DNA from: Mobula hypostoma
Lineage: Eukaryota
NCBI RefSeq assembly: GCF_963921235.1
Contig: NC_086097.1
Span: forward strand, 62,994,001 to 63,058,000
Reading direction: 5' to 3'
DNA length: 64,000 nucleotides
Shown: positions 25,755 through 37,819 of the stretch, piece after piece
Layout: the number at the start of each line of letters is the position of its first letter
Numbering within the stretch: the first letter of the stretch is position 1
Notes under the pieces: model-generated
What the model saw: the letters and a program-made list of their open reading frames with translations, nothing else
What the model was told of the DNA's origin: nothing
Database searches by the model: none
Translations under genes and position numbers: made by a program

Positions 25755-28700
25755 AGGATGATACTGTAATGAACAATTTTTTAGGTCAACTAAATATTCC
25801 TACAATTTCTGCTGACAACAGAAAATTGTTGGAACAAACTATTTCTTTTGAGGAAATTGTTGAGGCTGTGCGCTCATTACGTTTGAGGAAAGCTCTGGGT
25901 CCAGATGGATTTTCTGGAGAGTTTTACAAGACCTTTTCCTCATTGCTTATACCTCATTTATGTTCAGTTTTTTTGGATTCATTTACGTCCGGCAGACTCC
26001 TTCAATCTTTTTATGAGGCTTCCATTTCGCTCATTCTTAAAAAGAATAAGGATCCAACTGAATGTTCTTCTTATAGACCAATTTCTTTACTTAATGTTGC
26101 TGCTAAGATCTTGGCCCATAAGTTTTGGACCATAGGATTGAATATATTTTACCATCTGTCATTTCTGATAACCAAACCAGATTTATCAAAAATCGATATT
26201 CTCACTTCAATATTCACCGGTTATTAAATGTTATTTATTCTCCATCTAACATGGTATCGGAATGTGTGGTATCCCTAGATGCTGAGAAAGCTTTTGATAG
26301 AGTTGAATGGAATTATTTATTTAAAACTTTAGAAAAATTTAATTTTGGACTTGTTTTCATTCAATGGATTAAATTACTTTATTTAGCCCCTTCTGCTAGG
26401 GTTATCACTAATTTTCATAACTCCAAACCATTTAAGCTTCAATGTGGCACTAGACAAGGGTGTCCGTTGAGCTCTTTGCTTTTTGATCTGGCCTTAGAGC
26501 CTTTAGCAATTGCTTTTCGAGAATCTAATGATATCACCGGTATTTCAAGGAGAGACACTATTCATAAAGTCTTGTTGGATGCCGATGATTTGCTGCTGTT
26601 TATTTCTTATATTGAGACTTCATTACCCCATGTGCTTTCTTTACTGTCCCATTTTAGCCAGTTTTCAGGTTATAAATTAAACCTACATAAAAGTGAACTT
26701 TTCCCTTTGAACAATTTGATACCAATAAATTCTAACTTTCCTTTTAAAATTATACGAAACCGATTTACTTATTTAGGTGTAATAATCACTAAAAATTATA
26801 AGTGTCTATTTAAAGAACATTTTCTTACTTTATTGAATCATGTAAAAAGAATACTATCAAATTGGTCGCCTTTTTCGTTATCATTAATTGGTCGAATTAA
26901 CTTTATCAAAATGAATATATTACCTAAATTTGTATATCTCTTTCAGGCATTGCCGGTTTTCATTCCTAAATCCTTTTTTGATTCTCTTGACTCTATTATA
27001 TCTTCTTATATATGGAAGAATACGCATTCTAGATTAAATAAAATTCATCTTCAGAAAGATAAAAAAAATGGAGGATTAGCCTTACCAAACTTTAGATTTT
27101 ATTATTGGGCAGTTAATATAAGAAATCTTACATTTTGGTTATATTATATAAATCGTGAGGATTGCCCAATGTGGGTTTTTTTAGAAGCTAATCCTGTTAA
27201 TAATTCCTCTATTATTCCTCTTCTTGGATCCTCACTTCCTTTGTCTTTGAGTAAATTAACTGATAATCTGGTAGTTAAACGCACTATGAGGATTTGGATA
27301 CAATTCCGAAAATATTTTGGCTTATTGAGATTTTCTCTTTCGAGTCCCAGTTTTTCTAATTATTTTTTAAACCCTCTATGATTGATGTAGCTTTTAAAGA
27401 ATGGGATAGATTAGCTATTAAATGCTTTCAGGCCTTGTTTGTAGAGAGAAGTCTTTTTTCGTTTGAACAATTGTCAACTAAATATTGTTTACCTAAAACT
27501 CATTTTTTTTCAATATCTACATATAAGAGATTTTTTACGGTCTCAAATAAGTACATTTCCTAAAAGTCCTGATAAGATTCTACTAGATGTAATCTTTAAT
27601 CTGAAACCTTTTTATAATGGATCTATATCTAATATTTATAATATGCTGTTGGGAATGAGAAGTGTTCCTTTAGATAGAATTAAAAATCTTTGGGAACAAG
27701 ATTTACAGACTTCAATTTCTGAGGAAACTTGGAATCAAATTTTTAAATTGGTCAACACTTCATCGTTATGTGCCTGTCACTCTCTCCTTCAATTTAAAGT
27801 GGTCCATAGGGCCCATATGACAAAGGATAAGTTGGCTGGTTTTTATTTAGATATATCTCCGTATTGTGATAAATGTAATAATAGAGAAGCTTCACTTATT
27901 CATATGTTTTGGACATGTCTGAGTCTTGGAAAATATTGGAAAGAAGTATTTCAAACCTTTTCGATACTTTTTAAAGTAAATTTCAAGACTAATCCTTTGA
28001 CTGCTTTATTTGGAATTGATGGAGGAAAAGATACTATTTTGTAGCCGTCTGAATTGCACATTTTGGCTTTTATGTCTCTTATGGCCAGAAGGACGCTTTT
28101 GCTTAAATGGAAAGATGTGGCCCCTCCTATTCACGCCCAATGGTTACGTGATGTGATGTCATGTTTAGATTTAGAGAAGATTCCATGTTCAATCTTTGAA
28201 TCTAATCAAGACTTTCAAACATTGAGGGGAACCTTTCTGAATTATTTTCAAGACCTTTGATTTGCAGTTAAAGCACAGATGATGATTAAACAATCTTTTT
28301 TTTCTATTGCCCATCCTCTGAGTCACCCCCCCCCGTCTTTCTTCCCGGACCTCCTGTCCCATGATCCTCTCGTATCCCCGTTTGCCTATCACCTGTCCAG
28401 CTCTCGGCTCTATCCCTCCCCCTCCTGTCTTCTCCTATCATTTTGCATCTCCCCCTCCCCCTCCAGCTTTCAAATCCCTTACTCACTCTTCCTTCAGTTA
28501 GTCCTAACGAAGGGTCTCGGCCTGAAACATCGACTGCACCTCTTCCTATAGATGCTGCTTGGCCTGCTGCGTTCACCAGCAACTTTGATGTATGTTGCTT
28601 TTTTTTCTATTAATCAGCTTTGGTCTTGGAAACGGGGTAGATTTTTTATATAAAAAATTATTATTTTTCAATGTTATGAACTAATTGATTTGTACGAATA

Positions 28701-28805
28701 TAGGGTTAGGAGTCTTTATATGTGACTTATTTTAATGTATTGACATATATATTTTTTAATGTACTCTGTATTCTTATATATAAATCAATAAAAATATTGG
28801 AAAAG
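25755..28805 (+). mobile_element. L1-clade LINE, 5'-truncated ORF2 (RT, C-terminal Cys/His domain) plus 3' UTR
   Basis: Motifs KALGPDGF, SYRPISLLN, SLDAEKAFDRVEW, GTRQGCPLS, LLDADD (YADD mutated), GGLALPNF and CDKC..SLIHMFWTC. Broken by a few frameshifts and a stop. AATAAA at 28787. Confidence 0.95.
28309..28597 (+). mobile_element. Penelope terminal-repeat fragment inserted in the L1 3' UTR
   Basis: Perfect 14-bp flanking duplication CTTTTTTTTCTATT at 28295-28308 and 28598-28611. The hammerhead core is mutated (CUAACGA). Confidence 0.88.
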
Positions 28806-29719
28806 CAAATAATTTGTATGATCTAAGAACTATTTTGTACAACAGAATAAAAGCTGTTATCTTAGAACTCTATTCCCTACTCCAAGGTTTGAGGGAAGGG
28901 AGTGTGCTAAAAGAATTGAACTTACATTAAAGTGCATCAATTACTTTAAAAGTTCCATGAAAACATTCTTCAGCTGCACTATCAATGGCAGAGTGCAAGG
29001 TTTTGTAACATACATCATGCACAGAGCAGAAATCATATTAAATAAAATTACACAGGTCCAAAAGCAAATTACATTAGAGAAAAGGTAATGATTTATTCCA
29101 ATTTAATGTGAACATTTTTTTCTTTTCTTATTGAACAGCAACATTAGTTCCAGTTATTTGAACAATAATAGCAGAAACCAGCTTGTTGTGACCTTTCTTT
29201 CCCAATGAGCTTATAATTCACCAGCACTCTCGTAGTTTACTGATGGTTTCTATGGGATCATGGTAAAGAAATTTTAGTAAAGCTTTGACTTAGTGTTATT
29301 TTTCTTCAGGTTTGGTGTTGAATTAAACATGAGGTTGAGAGTTATGCTAACAGTATATCGACTGACAGCAACATTGCCTCTGCAGAAATTATTAAAATAT
29401 TGGTATGACATTTTCTGTAAAGATTTATGGCTCTCCTTTATGGCATTTTTTACCAATTTCACAAAGGTTCTTTTCATCTCTTTATTATTGCTTTCTCCTT
29501 GAGTGCTATGTGACCATGGTCCATACTAAACAGATCTTCTCAGCTTCAATTTCTATTTGATGCAAATCATCTGCAAAGTACACAGAATGATTATTGAAGC
29601 ATATGACACACTTAGAGGAGTTTCATGGATACTGGCTTTACATTTAGGCTTTGGATAGAAATATATAACTGAACATTTTACATAAATATGTCGAAATTTT
29701 GGAATTTCCAGACAGCTGT

Positions 29720-30307
29720 TACAAGCGGTTCCTAAGGTTGTCAAGCCGAGAAGTGGAAGTGGGGACAAGCTCCCACTACCTAAAAGTGCTCCTCACGGCA
29801 TGCAACTCAAATAGCCTCTGACAACTTTGTCCAAATCCTGGCCTTTTCGTGTGGCTTAGCCTCTAAGCCCGGTGGAACTGTTTCTACTGACAGGAGAAGG
29901 GGCGAAGGCGGGTCCTGGTGCCTTAAAACTAGTGCTTCAGGTAAATGGAGCTCATCAGCCCAGGAAGGCAAGAGAGGGAAAACTCTGATTTCAAACCTCC
30001 GCTGCCTTGCAGCCATACCCACTCATGGGAAAGGCTTCAGGAGTAAACCCTGAGGACAAATCCAGAGCTGGAGTCCCTAAGGTAGTCCGATGTTGCCTTC
30101 AACCTCATTCTGGCAACTCTTGCGACGACACTGGTGCCAAGTTGTATTGGCTCTTGACCTTCCCTTGGACAACATTGGAGGTGTGGAGAGGAGAGACTTG
30201 CTGCATGAGTAAATGCCGGTCTTCCATAAAACCCTGCCCAGGCCTGCGCCCTGGAAACCTTCCAGGCGCAGATCCATTGTCTCGCGAGACTAACGGATGC
30301 CACCACC
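29720..30307 (+). mobile_element. Non-autonomous retroelement, probably RTE-related
   Basis: GC-richer block containing GGAAAACTCTGATTTCAAACCTCCGCTGCC, which resembles RTE 5' UTRs, and a 3' stem-loop CTGCGCCCTGGAA/TTCCAGGCGCAG at about 30244-30271. The family call is from memory of motifs. Confidence 0.45.
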
Positions 30308-30597
30308 AGTTACAGGCTCTGTGCAAACCTCTCATGGTCCCAGAACACATCGTACACAATCAAGTAAGTTCACCAAAGCCTCTACTTTCTGAGGAGGCTG
30401 AAGAGAGCTGGACTATGCATATCTATACTTATGACCTTCTACAGATGCACAGTAGAGAGCACCCTAGCATGGTGCATCACTGCAGGGTACTGAAACAGCA
30501 TTACGATGGACAGGAAGTCTTTACAATGGGTAGTCAAAACTGCTCAATTCATCGCCGGCACCAGCCTACCTGCCATCAAGGACAGAAAGGTGACAGT

Positions 30598-31640
30598 GAA
30601 CATAGACATAAACATAGGACATAGAATAGTACAGTACAGAACAGGCCCTACAGCCCACAATGTTGTGCTGACCCTTAAACCCTGTTTCCCATATAACCTC
30701 CACCTTAAATTCCTCCATATACCTGTCTAGTAGTCTCTTAAATTTTACTAGTGTATCTGCCTCCACCACTGACTCAGGCAGTGCATTCCACGCACCAACC
30801 ACTCTCTGAGTAAAAAACCTTCCTCTAATATCCCCCTTGAACTTCCCACCCCTTACCTTAAAGCCATGTCCTCTTGTATTGAGCAGTGGTGCTCCAGGGA
30901 AGAAGCGTTGGCTGTCCACTCTATCTATTCCTCTTAATATCTTGTATACCTCTATCATGTCTCCTCTCATCCTCTTTCTCTCCTAGCTCCCTTAATCTCT
31001 GATCATAATGCATACTCTCTAAACCAGGCAGCATCCTGGTAAATCTCCTCTGAACCCTTTCCAATGCTTCCACATCCTTCCTATAGTGAGGTGACCAGAT
31101 GGACACAGCACTCCAAGTGTGGCCTAACCAGAGTTTTACAGAGTTGCATCATTACCTCACAACTCTTAAACTCTATCCCTCGACTTATGAAAGCTCACAC
31201 CCCATAAGCTTTCTTAGCTATCCTATCTACCTGTGAGGAAACTTTCAGGGATCTGTAGACATGTACCCCCAGATCCCTCTGCTCCTCCACACTACCAAGT
31301 ATCCTGCCATTTACTTTGTACTCTGCCTTGGAGTTTGTCCTTCCAAAGTGTACCACCTCACATTACACTGGGTTGAACTCCATCTGTCACTTCTCAGCCC
31401 ACTTCTGCAACTTATCAATGTTTCTCTGCAATCTTCGACAATCCTCTACACTATCCACAACACCACCAACCTTGGTGTTGTCTGCGAACTTGCCAACCCA
31501 CCCTTCTACCTCCACATCCAGGTTGTTAATAAAAATCACAAAAAGTAGAGGTCCCAGAACCGATCTTTGTGGGACACCACTAGTCACAACCCTCCAATCT
31601 GAATGTACTCCCTTCACCACGACCCTCTGCTTTCTGCAGG
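30598..31640 (-). mobile_element. CR1 LINE, 5'-truncated
   Basis: Peptides [52 protein letters not shown] and VTSGVPQRSVLGPLLF..KFADNTKVGG. Confidence 0.95.
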
Positions 31641-32184
31641 CCAGTAATATCATAAAGGATCCCACTCACTCTGCTCATGGACTGTTTGTCTCTCTCCCAT
31701 CAGGCAGCAGTCTACATTCGATCCACACCAGGACCACCAAACACAAAAACAGTTACTTTCCCTGCAGCAGTTACTTGAAAACAAACCAGAACTGCTGAGA
31801 GACTAAGAAATGGAAATCGACACTGTATGACGCACTTCCAAACAACGATTCTCCAAATCCAAAAAGGTTCATTCAATCCTTTATTATGAAACCAGCAACA
31901 ACGAACAATCTTATAGCGATAAAAGCTAACAAAATTAAGTTAGCGGTATAACGGTCTAATTAGCGATATTAGTGATACTAAGCAGCATAATAGCATAATT
32001 AGCATAACTAAGCATTCTAATTAGGGATCAAATGGCAGTCAACAAAAAAAATCATTTCCCGTGGCTGACTCCCTCTCCAATAACAACTAACTAAGCATGA
32101 ATACATAACTATTCTCATTTGCTTCTAACACGCCCCAATCCACATGACAGATTACCATAATAAACGTGCCACAAAATACAATAC

Positions 32185-33466
32185 TGTCATGGTCCGGTCC
32201 GTGGACTCAGGACTCTGGGTCTTCCAGCTGTCCCTCGTTTTGGTTGAGTTAATCATAGGCACCTGAGTCCCATCTTGGGCCTTGGAATATAAGTAGCCTT
32301 GGGGTTGAGTGTGAGCTGCTGGTTTGTCTTGTCAAGATCCCCTGGGAGCAACCTGCCAGTGGAAGGCTAGAGCAGCCATTTGCTATCTTTAGGCTGCGTT
32401 GGGGAACCATCCCCTCTTGGAGCCTTGCTGTCAGTAGTTGGAGCTGTCTTTGCTGTAGGGATTTGGCTGTTTCCTGGACCAGCAGAGTGGCTATCAGCCA
32501 CTCCGAGCTAGGTAGGGATCCGGCTGTTTCTGTAGCCAGCTGAGGTTGCTGGCCGAACTGCCACTTGGAGCAACCCCCATGCAGAGATGGAACTGTCTGT
32601 TGTTCTTCGGTGTTTGTCGCACCTTGTCCTTGCCTCTGTGGGGTAAGTCAGGCTGTGCTGCTGTTGCACTGCAGAGGTATCTGTCTTGTCCTCGTCTCCG
32701 TGGGGTAGGTCAGGCTACTCTGCCATTGCCTTGTGGGGGGATCTGTCTTGTCTTGTCATCGCCTCCATGGGGTAAGTCTGGCCGTTCTGCAGTTGCCCTG
32801 CGGGAGGACCTGTCTAGTCTTGTCTTTGCCTCTGTTGTGTAAGTCCGGCCACTCTGCCGTTACCCAACGGATGGTCCTGTACCACCTTGGCGTGGAGAAT
32901 AATTTGAGTCCCGGCTTGTCTAAGTGTAAGTCCCGGCTCTATGTCTATGTACTGTCCTGTCTCATGTTGGTGTCGTGTTAACGACGAGACCCGGATTTTC
33001 AAAGGATAAGTCCTGGATCTATGTTGATGTTCAGTTCCCAGTCTGTCTCTGAGCTCCAGCCTCCAAGTTATCAGCTTCTGCATTTCAAGATCCAAGACCC
33101 CAGCCTGTCTCCAAGTTCAAGAGCCAAGACCCCAGCCTGTCTCCAAATTCAAGAGGCAAGACCCTCAGGCACGTCCTGTCTGGTAGCCATGTCATGTCCT
33201 TGCCTGGTTCTGGGGTCTGAGCCCGAGGCAAAACCCAGGTCCTGGGTCCTTGTCCAGTCTCTAGCTCGGAGTCCAAGCCCAGGGTCCTAGTTCATAGTTC
33301 CTTGTCCGGGTTCCCTATCTTGTCCATGTCCTAGCCCAAGTCTGTGTTCTTGTCCCTGCTCCTTGTCTGTATCCTGTCTTGTCCCTACTCTAGTCAAGTC
33401 CTGTTCCTTGTACTTCAGTGTCTGTGTCTTGCACTTGGGTCTGCCATCAACGGCCCCATTGTGACA
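32185..33466 (+). mobile_element. Solo LTR (Gypsy-type), 1282 bp
   Basis: Termini TGTCA...TGACA with a perfect 5-bp TSD AATAC (32180-32184 and 33467-33471). TATA-like AATATAAG near 32287. Internal tandem units, including a 32-bp unit at 33093-33164. Confidence 0.85.
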
Positions 33467-33704
33467 AATACAGACAGAAAATAGAAAAATGACTCCTTCT
33501 TTCCCCAAGCAGTAAGGCTGATCAACACTTCCACCCATTAACCCATTCCCCACACCCTGCACCAATGCTGCTTATCATCTTTTGTCAGAATCACCGCATG
33601 TACAGACACTCCTGTACCTAGTGACACATTATGTACATGTAGTCAATCTCTGTATATAAGCTAGTTTATGTTTTTCTATTTATTGTACTTTTTAAGATGA
33701 TATG

Positions 33705-34297
33705 GAAACATAGAAAACCCACAGCACAATACAGGCCCTTCGGCCCACAAAGCTGTGCCGAACGTGTCCTTGCCTTAGAAATTACCTAGAGTTACCCATA
33801 GCCCTCTATTTTTTTAAGCTCCATTCATCTTTTAAAAGGCCCTATCATATCCGCCTCCACCACCACCACCGGCAGCCCATTCCACGGATTCACCACTCTC
33901 TGCATAAAAAAACTTACCCCTGACATCTCCTCTGTACCTACTTCCAAGCACCTTAAAACTGTGCCCTCTCGTGCTAACCATTCCAGCCCTGGGAAAAAAG
34001 CCTCTGACTATCCACACAATCAATGCCTCTCATCATCTTACACACCTCTATCAGGTCACATTTCATCCTCCGCCGCTCCAAGGAAAAAAGACCGAGTTCA
34101 CTCACCCTATTCTCATAAAGCATGCTCCCCAATCTAGGCAACATCCTTGTAAAATTTCCTCTGCACTCTTTCTAGGGTTTCCACATCCTTCCTGTAGTGA
34201 GGCGACCAGAACTGAGCACAGTACTCCAAGTGGGGTCTGACCAGGATCCTATATAGCTGTAACATTACCTCTCGGCTCCTAAACTCAATCCCATGAA
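33705..34297 (-). mobile_element. CR1 LINE 3' fragment
   Basis: GAAACATAGAAAAC tail; STRGHSFKVLGSRYRGDVRGKFF; close match to the copy at 5712-6320. Confidence 0.92.
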
Positions 34298-35009
34298 TGA
34301 TTGTGTTATTTATCTTGGTGTGTTTTTATATGCTACATCAGATCCAGAGGATCAATTATTTCATTCTCCTTTACACTTGTGTACTGGAAATGACATTGAA
34401 CACTCTTGAATCTTCAATCTTGAGGTTTTAAGCATGGCAGATGACTGAGTTACCATTTGCTTGCAATGTTTACAGGCCACATCCTACAGGTAAATAATTG
34501 CTTTATCTTATAATATAATTAGAATAACATTTCAAGTTGGTGATGGGTTACAATTGTGAATACCAGTGACCTTGGTACACTGCGCTCAAATTTACTGGGC
34601 ATCTGCAGTACCCGTGCTGCAGGTATCCAACCAAGAGCAAGGCACCAACGACCTGTCTCTGAAGGCAACTTCTGTTGGTTCAAGACATGACCAATACTGG
34701 GAGAAGGTGTGAAGCCTGAGGGAAGGTGATGCTCATACCAGAAACACCTTCGGCCTCAGCTTTAGCTATCTGCCATGCCAGCACTGGGAGAAGCAGTTCC
34801 ATGGGGATTAGAGGCTGGGTCATAATGTAGATTACTCGTCCCCATTTTCTCTCCTCAGAATACTTGTATTGCATTGACATTGCGCCCTTGCAAAGCAGTT
34901 CATCATCTGTTATTAACCCCTCGTCTGCTGTGCATTATTTTACACCAATAACCAACACTAGATTACTGAGTCAAGCTTCTAGCAGTCTTTATAGCTGGAG
35001 AGATCTACT

Positions 35010-35330
35010 ATGATATGCTTAAAGGAGGTCCTTGGATATTGCCTGAGAAAATAATGCACTGGTTGCAGTCTTCAGTAAGTCCATATATGCCAGAGAGGTA
35101 TCAGAGGACTGGAACGCTGACTATGTGATATCCTATTTCAAAAGGGGTGGGAGGCAAATATTGTAACTATATGCTTGGTAAGTTAATAGCTATTACCGGG
35201 AAAAAAAATCAAAAATGGCAGAATATTTGAAAAGCCAACATCTGATTAAGCAGCGTCAGTGCAACCTCATGAAAGAGAAATTGTGTCAGATAAATTAATT
35301 AGAATCTATTTGAGGAACTATCAGCCCTTG
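35010..35330 (+). mobile_element. Old CR1 RT fragment
   Basis: Degenerate match to the VPEDW..PLFKKG..NYRPVSL..QHGF region. Confidence 0.55.
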
Positions 35331-35609
35331 GGGAAAAAGGAAAACCTTTTATGAATGACATCCTTGCATTTTCCTCGGTATACGAATCACACACCTGTCT
35401 CACCCTGTTGTACTGAATAAATTGCCTCTTTATTTTCAAACCTGATACAGGGTCTCAACCTGAGAAATCAACAATTCTTTTCGCCTCGCAGATGCTGCTT
35501 GTTGTGACTATCAGTAAGTCACTGGAGAAACTTGCCAATATGAAGGCTTTTATTCATCACAACACACAGACATTCTCTAGGAGTTCCTCTCAGCAGAGTC
35601 TCCCAAAGT

Positions 35610-36035
35610 CAAAGTACCTCCAGATTGTTTTAAAAACAATGATAACAGTAGTGGGTGGAGATACTTCTCTAGCAAAGGAGGTGTAAGGGGCTCTTTCACT
35701 CCGCTAACCTGCAGGTCACCCTTGGACAAGGTGTAGCACCTGCTTAGCACCCCGTCTCCGCCATTCAAGGTCACGTTAAGCCATGGGAGCAGGTGATGGA
35801 TGGCCATATGAGCCGTGGTGCATATCTCAAGTCCTGGTTATGGGACCACTGACACAAGGCAGACAACGTCTAAGGAGTATTGATAATTGCTGGGGTTACC
35901 CACCTTGTAAAAATAAACTGCCCAGAAGAAAGTAATGGCAAACAATTTCTGTAGAAAAATTAACCAAGAGCAATCATGGTCATGAGGCCATGGTTGCCTA
36001 TGTCATATGACCCAGCACATAATGATGATGATGGT
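35610..36035 (+). mobile_element. SINE-like element with RTE-type tail
   Basis: GAAGAAAGTAATGGCAAACAATTTCTG resembles RTE/BovB-associated tails; the element ends in (ATG)n. Confidence 0.5.
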
Positions 36036-36439
36036 GGTAAAAGTAGGAGATCTAATACAATTTCAAAAGCTACATTAGTGTCGTTCACTTCAATATTTTA
36101 TGTCTGGCAAATGGTTCCATTGAAGTACGTCTCTACAGTGGGAGACAAATGACAAAGTTCAAAGCTCAAAATAAATTTATCATCAGACTCAGAATCAGGT
36201 TTATTATCACTGGCATATGTTGTGAGATTTGTTAACTTTACAGCAGCAGTACAATGAAATACATGATAAATAAATACAGAGGGAAAAACTGAATTGCAGT
36301 AAATATATATATATGTCTATTAAGTAGTAAAGTTAAAATAAGTAGTTCAAAAAAAAGTACTGAGTGTGACAAGACACCTCCAAAAAGGTCAAAACCTTTG
36401 TTGCGACAAACTAATTCACACATATTGTCCAAATGTTTC

Positions 36440-37260
36440 CTAGAACCAATTCCCTCCTAGTACCTATCCCTACAAGCGAGACAAGTGCCACACTTCTTCC
36501 TTCACCACCATTCAGTGGCCCGAACAGTCCTTTCTGGTGAGGTGATATTTTATCTGCGAGTCTGTCAGGGTCAACTACTGTACCTGAAGCTCCTGGTGAG
36601 GCCTCCTCTAGATGAGGGAGACCCAATGTGGATTTGGGAAGCACTTCCTCAAGCACCTTTGCTCCTTCTGCCACTAAAGGGGGATTTACCCATGGCCACC
36701 GATTTTAATTCTAGTTCCCACTTCCATTGTTGGTCTATGGCCTCCTCTATGGTCACAATGAGGCCACTCTCAGGCTGGAAAGCAACAGTGCATATTCTGT
36801 CTGGGTATCCTCCAATCTGATGGCATGAACATTGATTTCTCCAACTTCCACCAATTTCTTCACTCTCCCCTTTCTCTCTTTTAACATTCCTCATTGTGGC
36901 TCCCCTCTAACCCCTTCTCACCTGCTACTTATCTCTTTCTGGTGCCCCTCTTCCTTCCCTTTAACCCATGGTCCACTGTCCTCCCCGATCTGATTTTTTC
37001 TTCTTCAGCACTTTACCTCTTCCTCCTCCTCCCATCACCTTCCAGATTTTTTTTATCTTATTCCCCTTCTCCCTCCCTTGGTTTTACCTATCACATTCAG
37101 GCTTGTACATGTTCCTCCTCCACACCTTCTTATTCTGGCATCTTCCCCCTTTTTTTCCAGTCCTGATGAAGGGTTTCAGCCTGAAGCATTGACAGTTTCT
37201 TCCTCTCCGCAGATGCTGCCTGACCTGTTGAGTTCCTCCAGCATTTTTCGTGTGTTGCCC
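36440..37260 (+). mobile_element. Penelope-like element (Neptune-like): GIY-YIG endonuclease remnant plus terminal repeat
   Basis: Translation TTIQWPEQSFLVR*YFICESVRVNYCT*SSW*GLL*MRETQCGFGKHFLKHL fits the Penelope GIY-YIG pattern. It ends ..DGMNIDFSNF, with a degenerate hammerhead at about 37159-37195. Confidence 0.85.
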
Positions 37261-37819
37261 AAAATAAGAGTTTTGAGGACGGACTCTCAATATGTACACA
37301 CGCATCCCAATTATTGCTGAAGCAAATATGCCTCTGACTACATTTGATAAGTTAAGTGACAAAATTTAGTTTGGTCTGGCGGCCCTCCTTGATCTTGGAA
37401 GAAGGGTGCAGAATAACCTAGCTTTGTTTGATGCAGGCCAATTAACACAGCCCCATTATCCTATGCCTGTCTGATGTAGGCAAGAACATCTAATGGTCAC
37501 ATCACCTTACAAACCACATGCCCTGAGCAACCAGCCCCCCTACTGTAAACCTGCAACCTGTATTGTGTAGACAGTTTTAAATGGCAAAAGTGATTGCTGC
37601 TTTTATTTTGCATTTAAACAGCTTTTGGAAGGCTGGTTGGCTCTTGTTTGTATTTATAGTTTCTAACTATATTCTGTAACTTCTAAAAGATATATCAAAC
37701 CTAATAATTTCCTCAAACTGCTCAACCTGTGGAGTGCCTCCAGCTGATTGTTTCTTGCACCTGATTCCAGCATCTGCAGTTACCTGGGTCTCCAGTGACA
37801 AAGCAGTCATATTTTGGTT

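Larger units (their letters stand above)
30310..34423 (+). mobile_element. Rex1/Babar-type LINE 3' part, split into four pieces (about 30310-30597, 31640-31762, 33499-33703, 34298-34423)
   Basis: The pieces join collinearly: DRKSLQWVVKTAQFIAGTSLPAIKD / ASNIIKDPTHSAHGLFVSLPSG..KNSYFP / QAVRLIN / 3' UTR with (TCTTGAA)n tail. Confidence 0.8.

Noticed and set aside
30007..30624. 205-aa ORF as a host gene
   Set aside because: It spans the junction of different repeats and has no recognisable domain.
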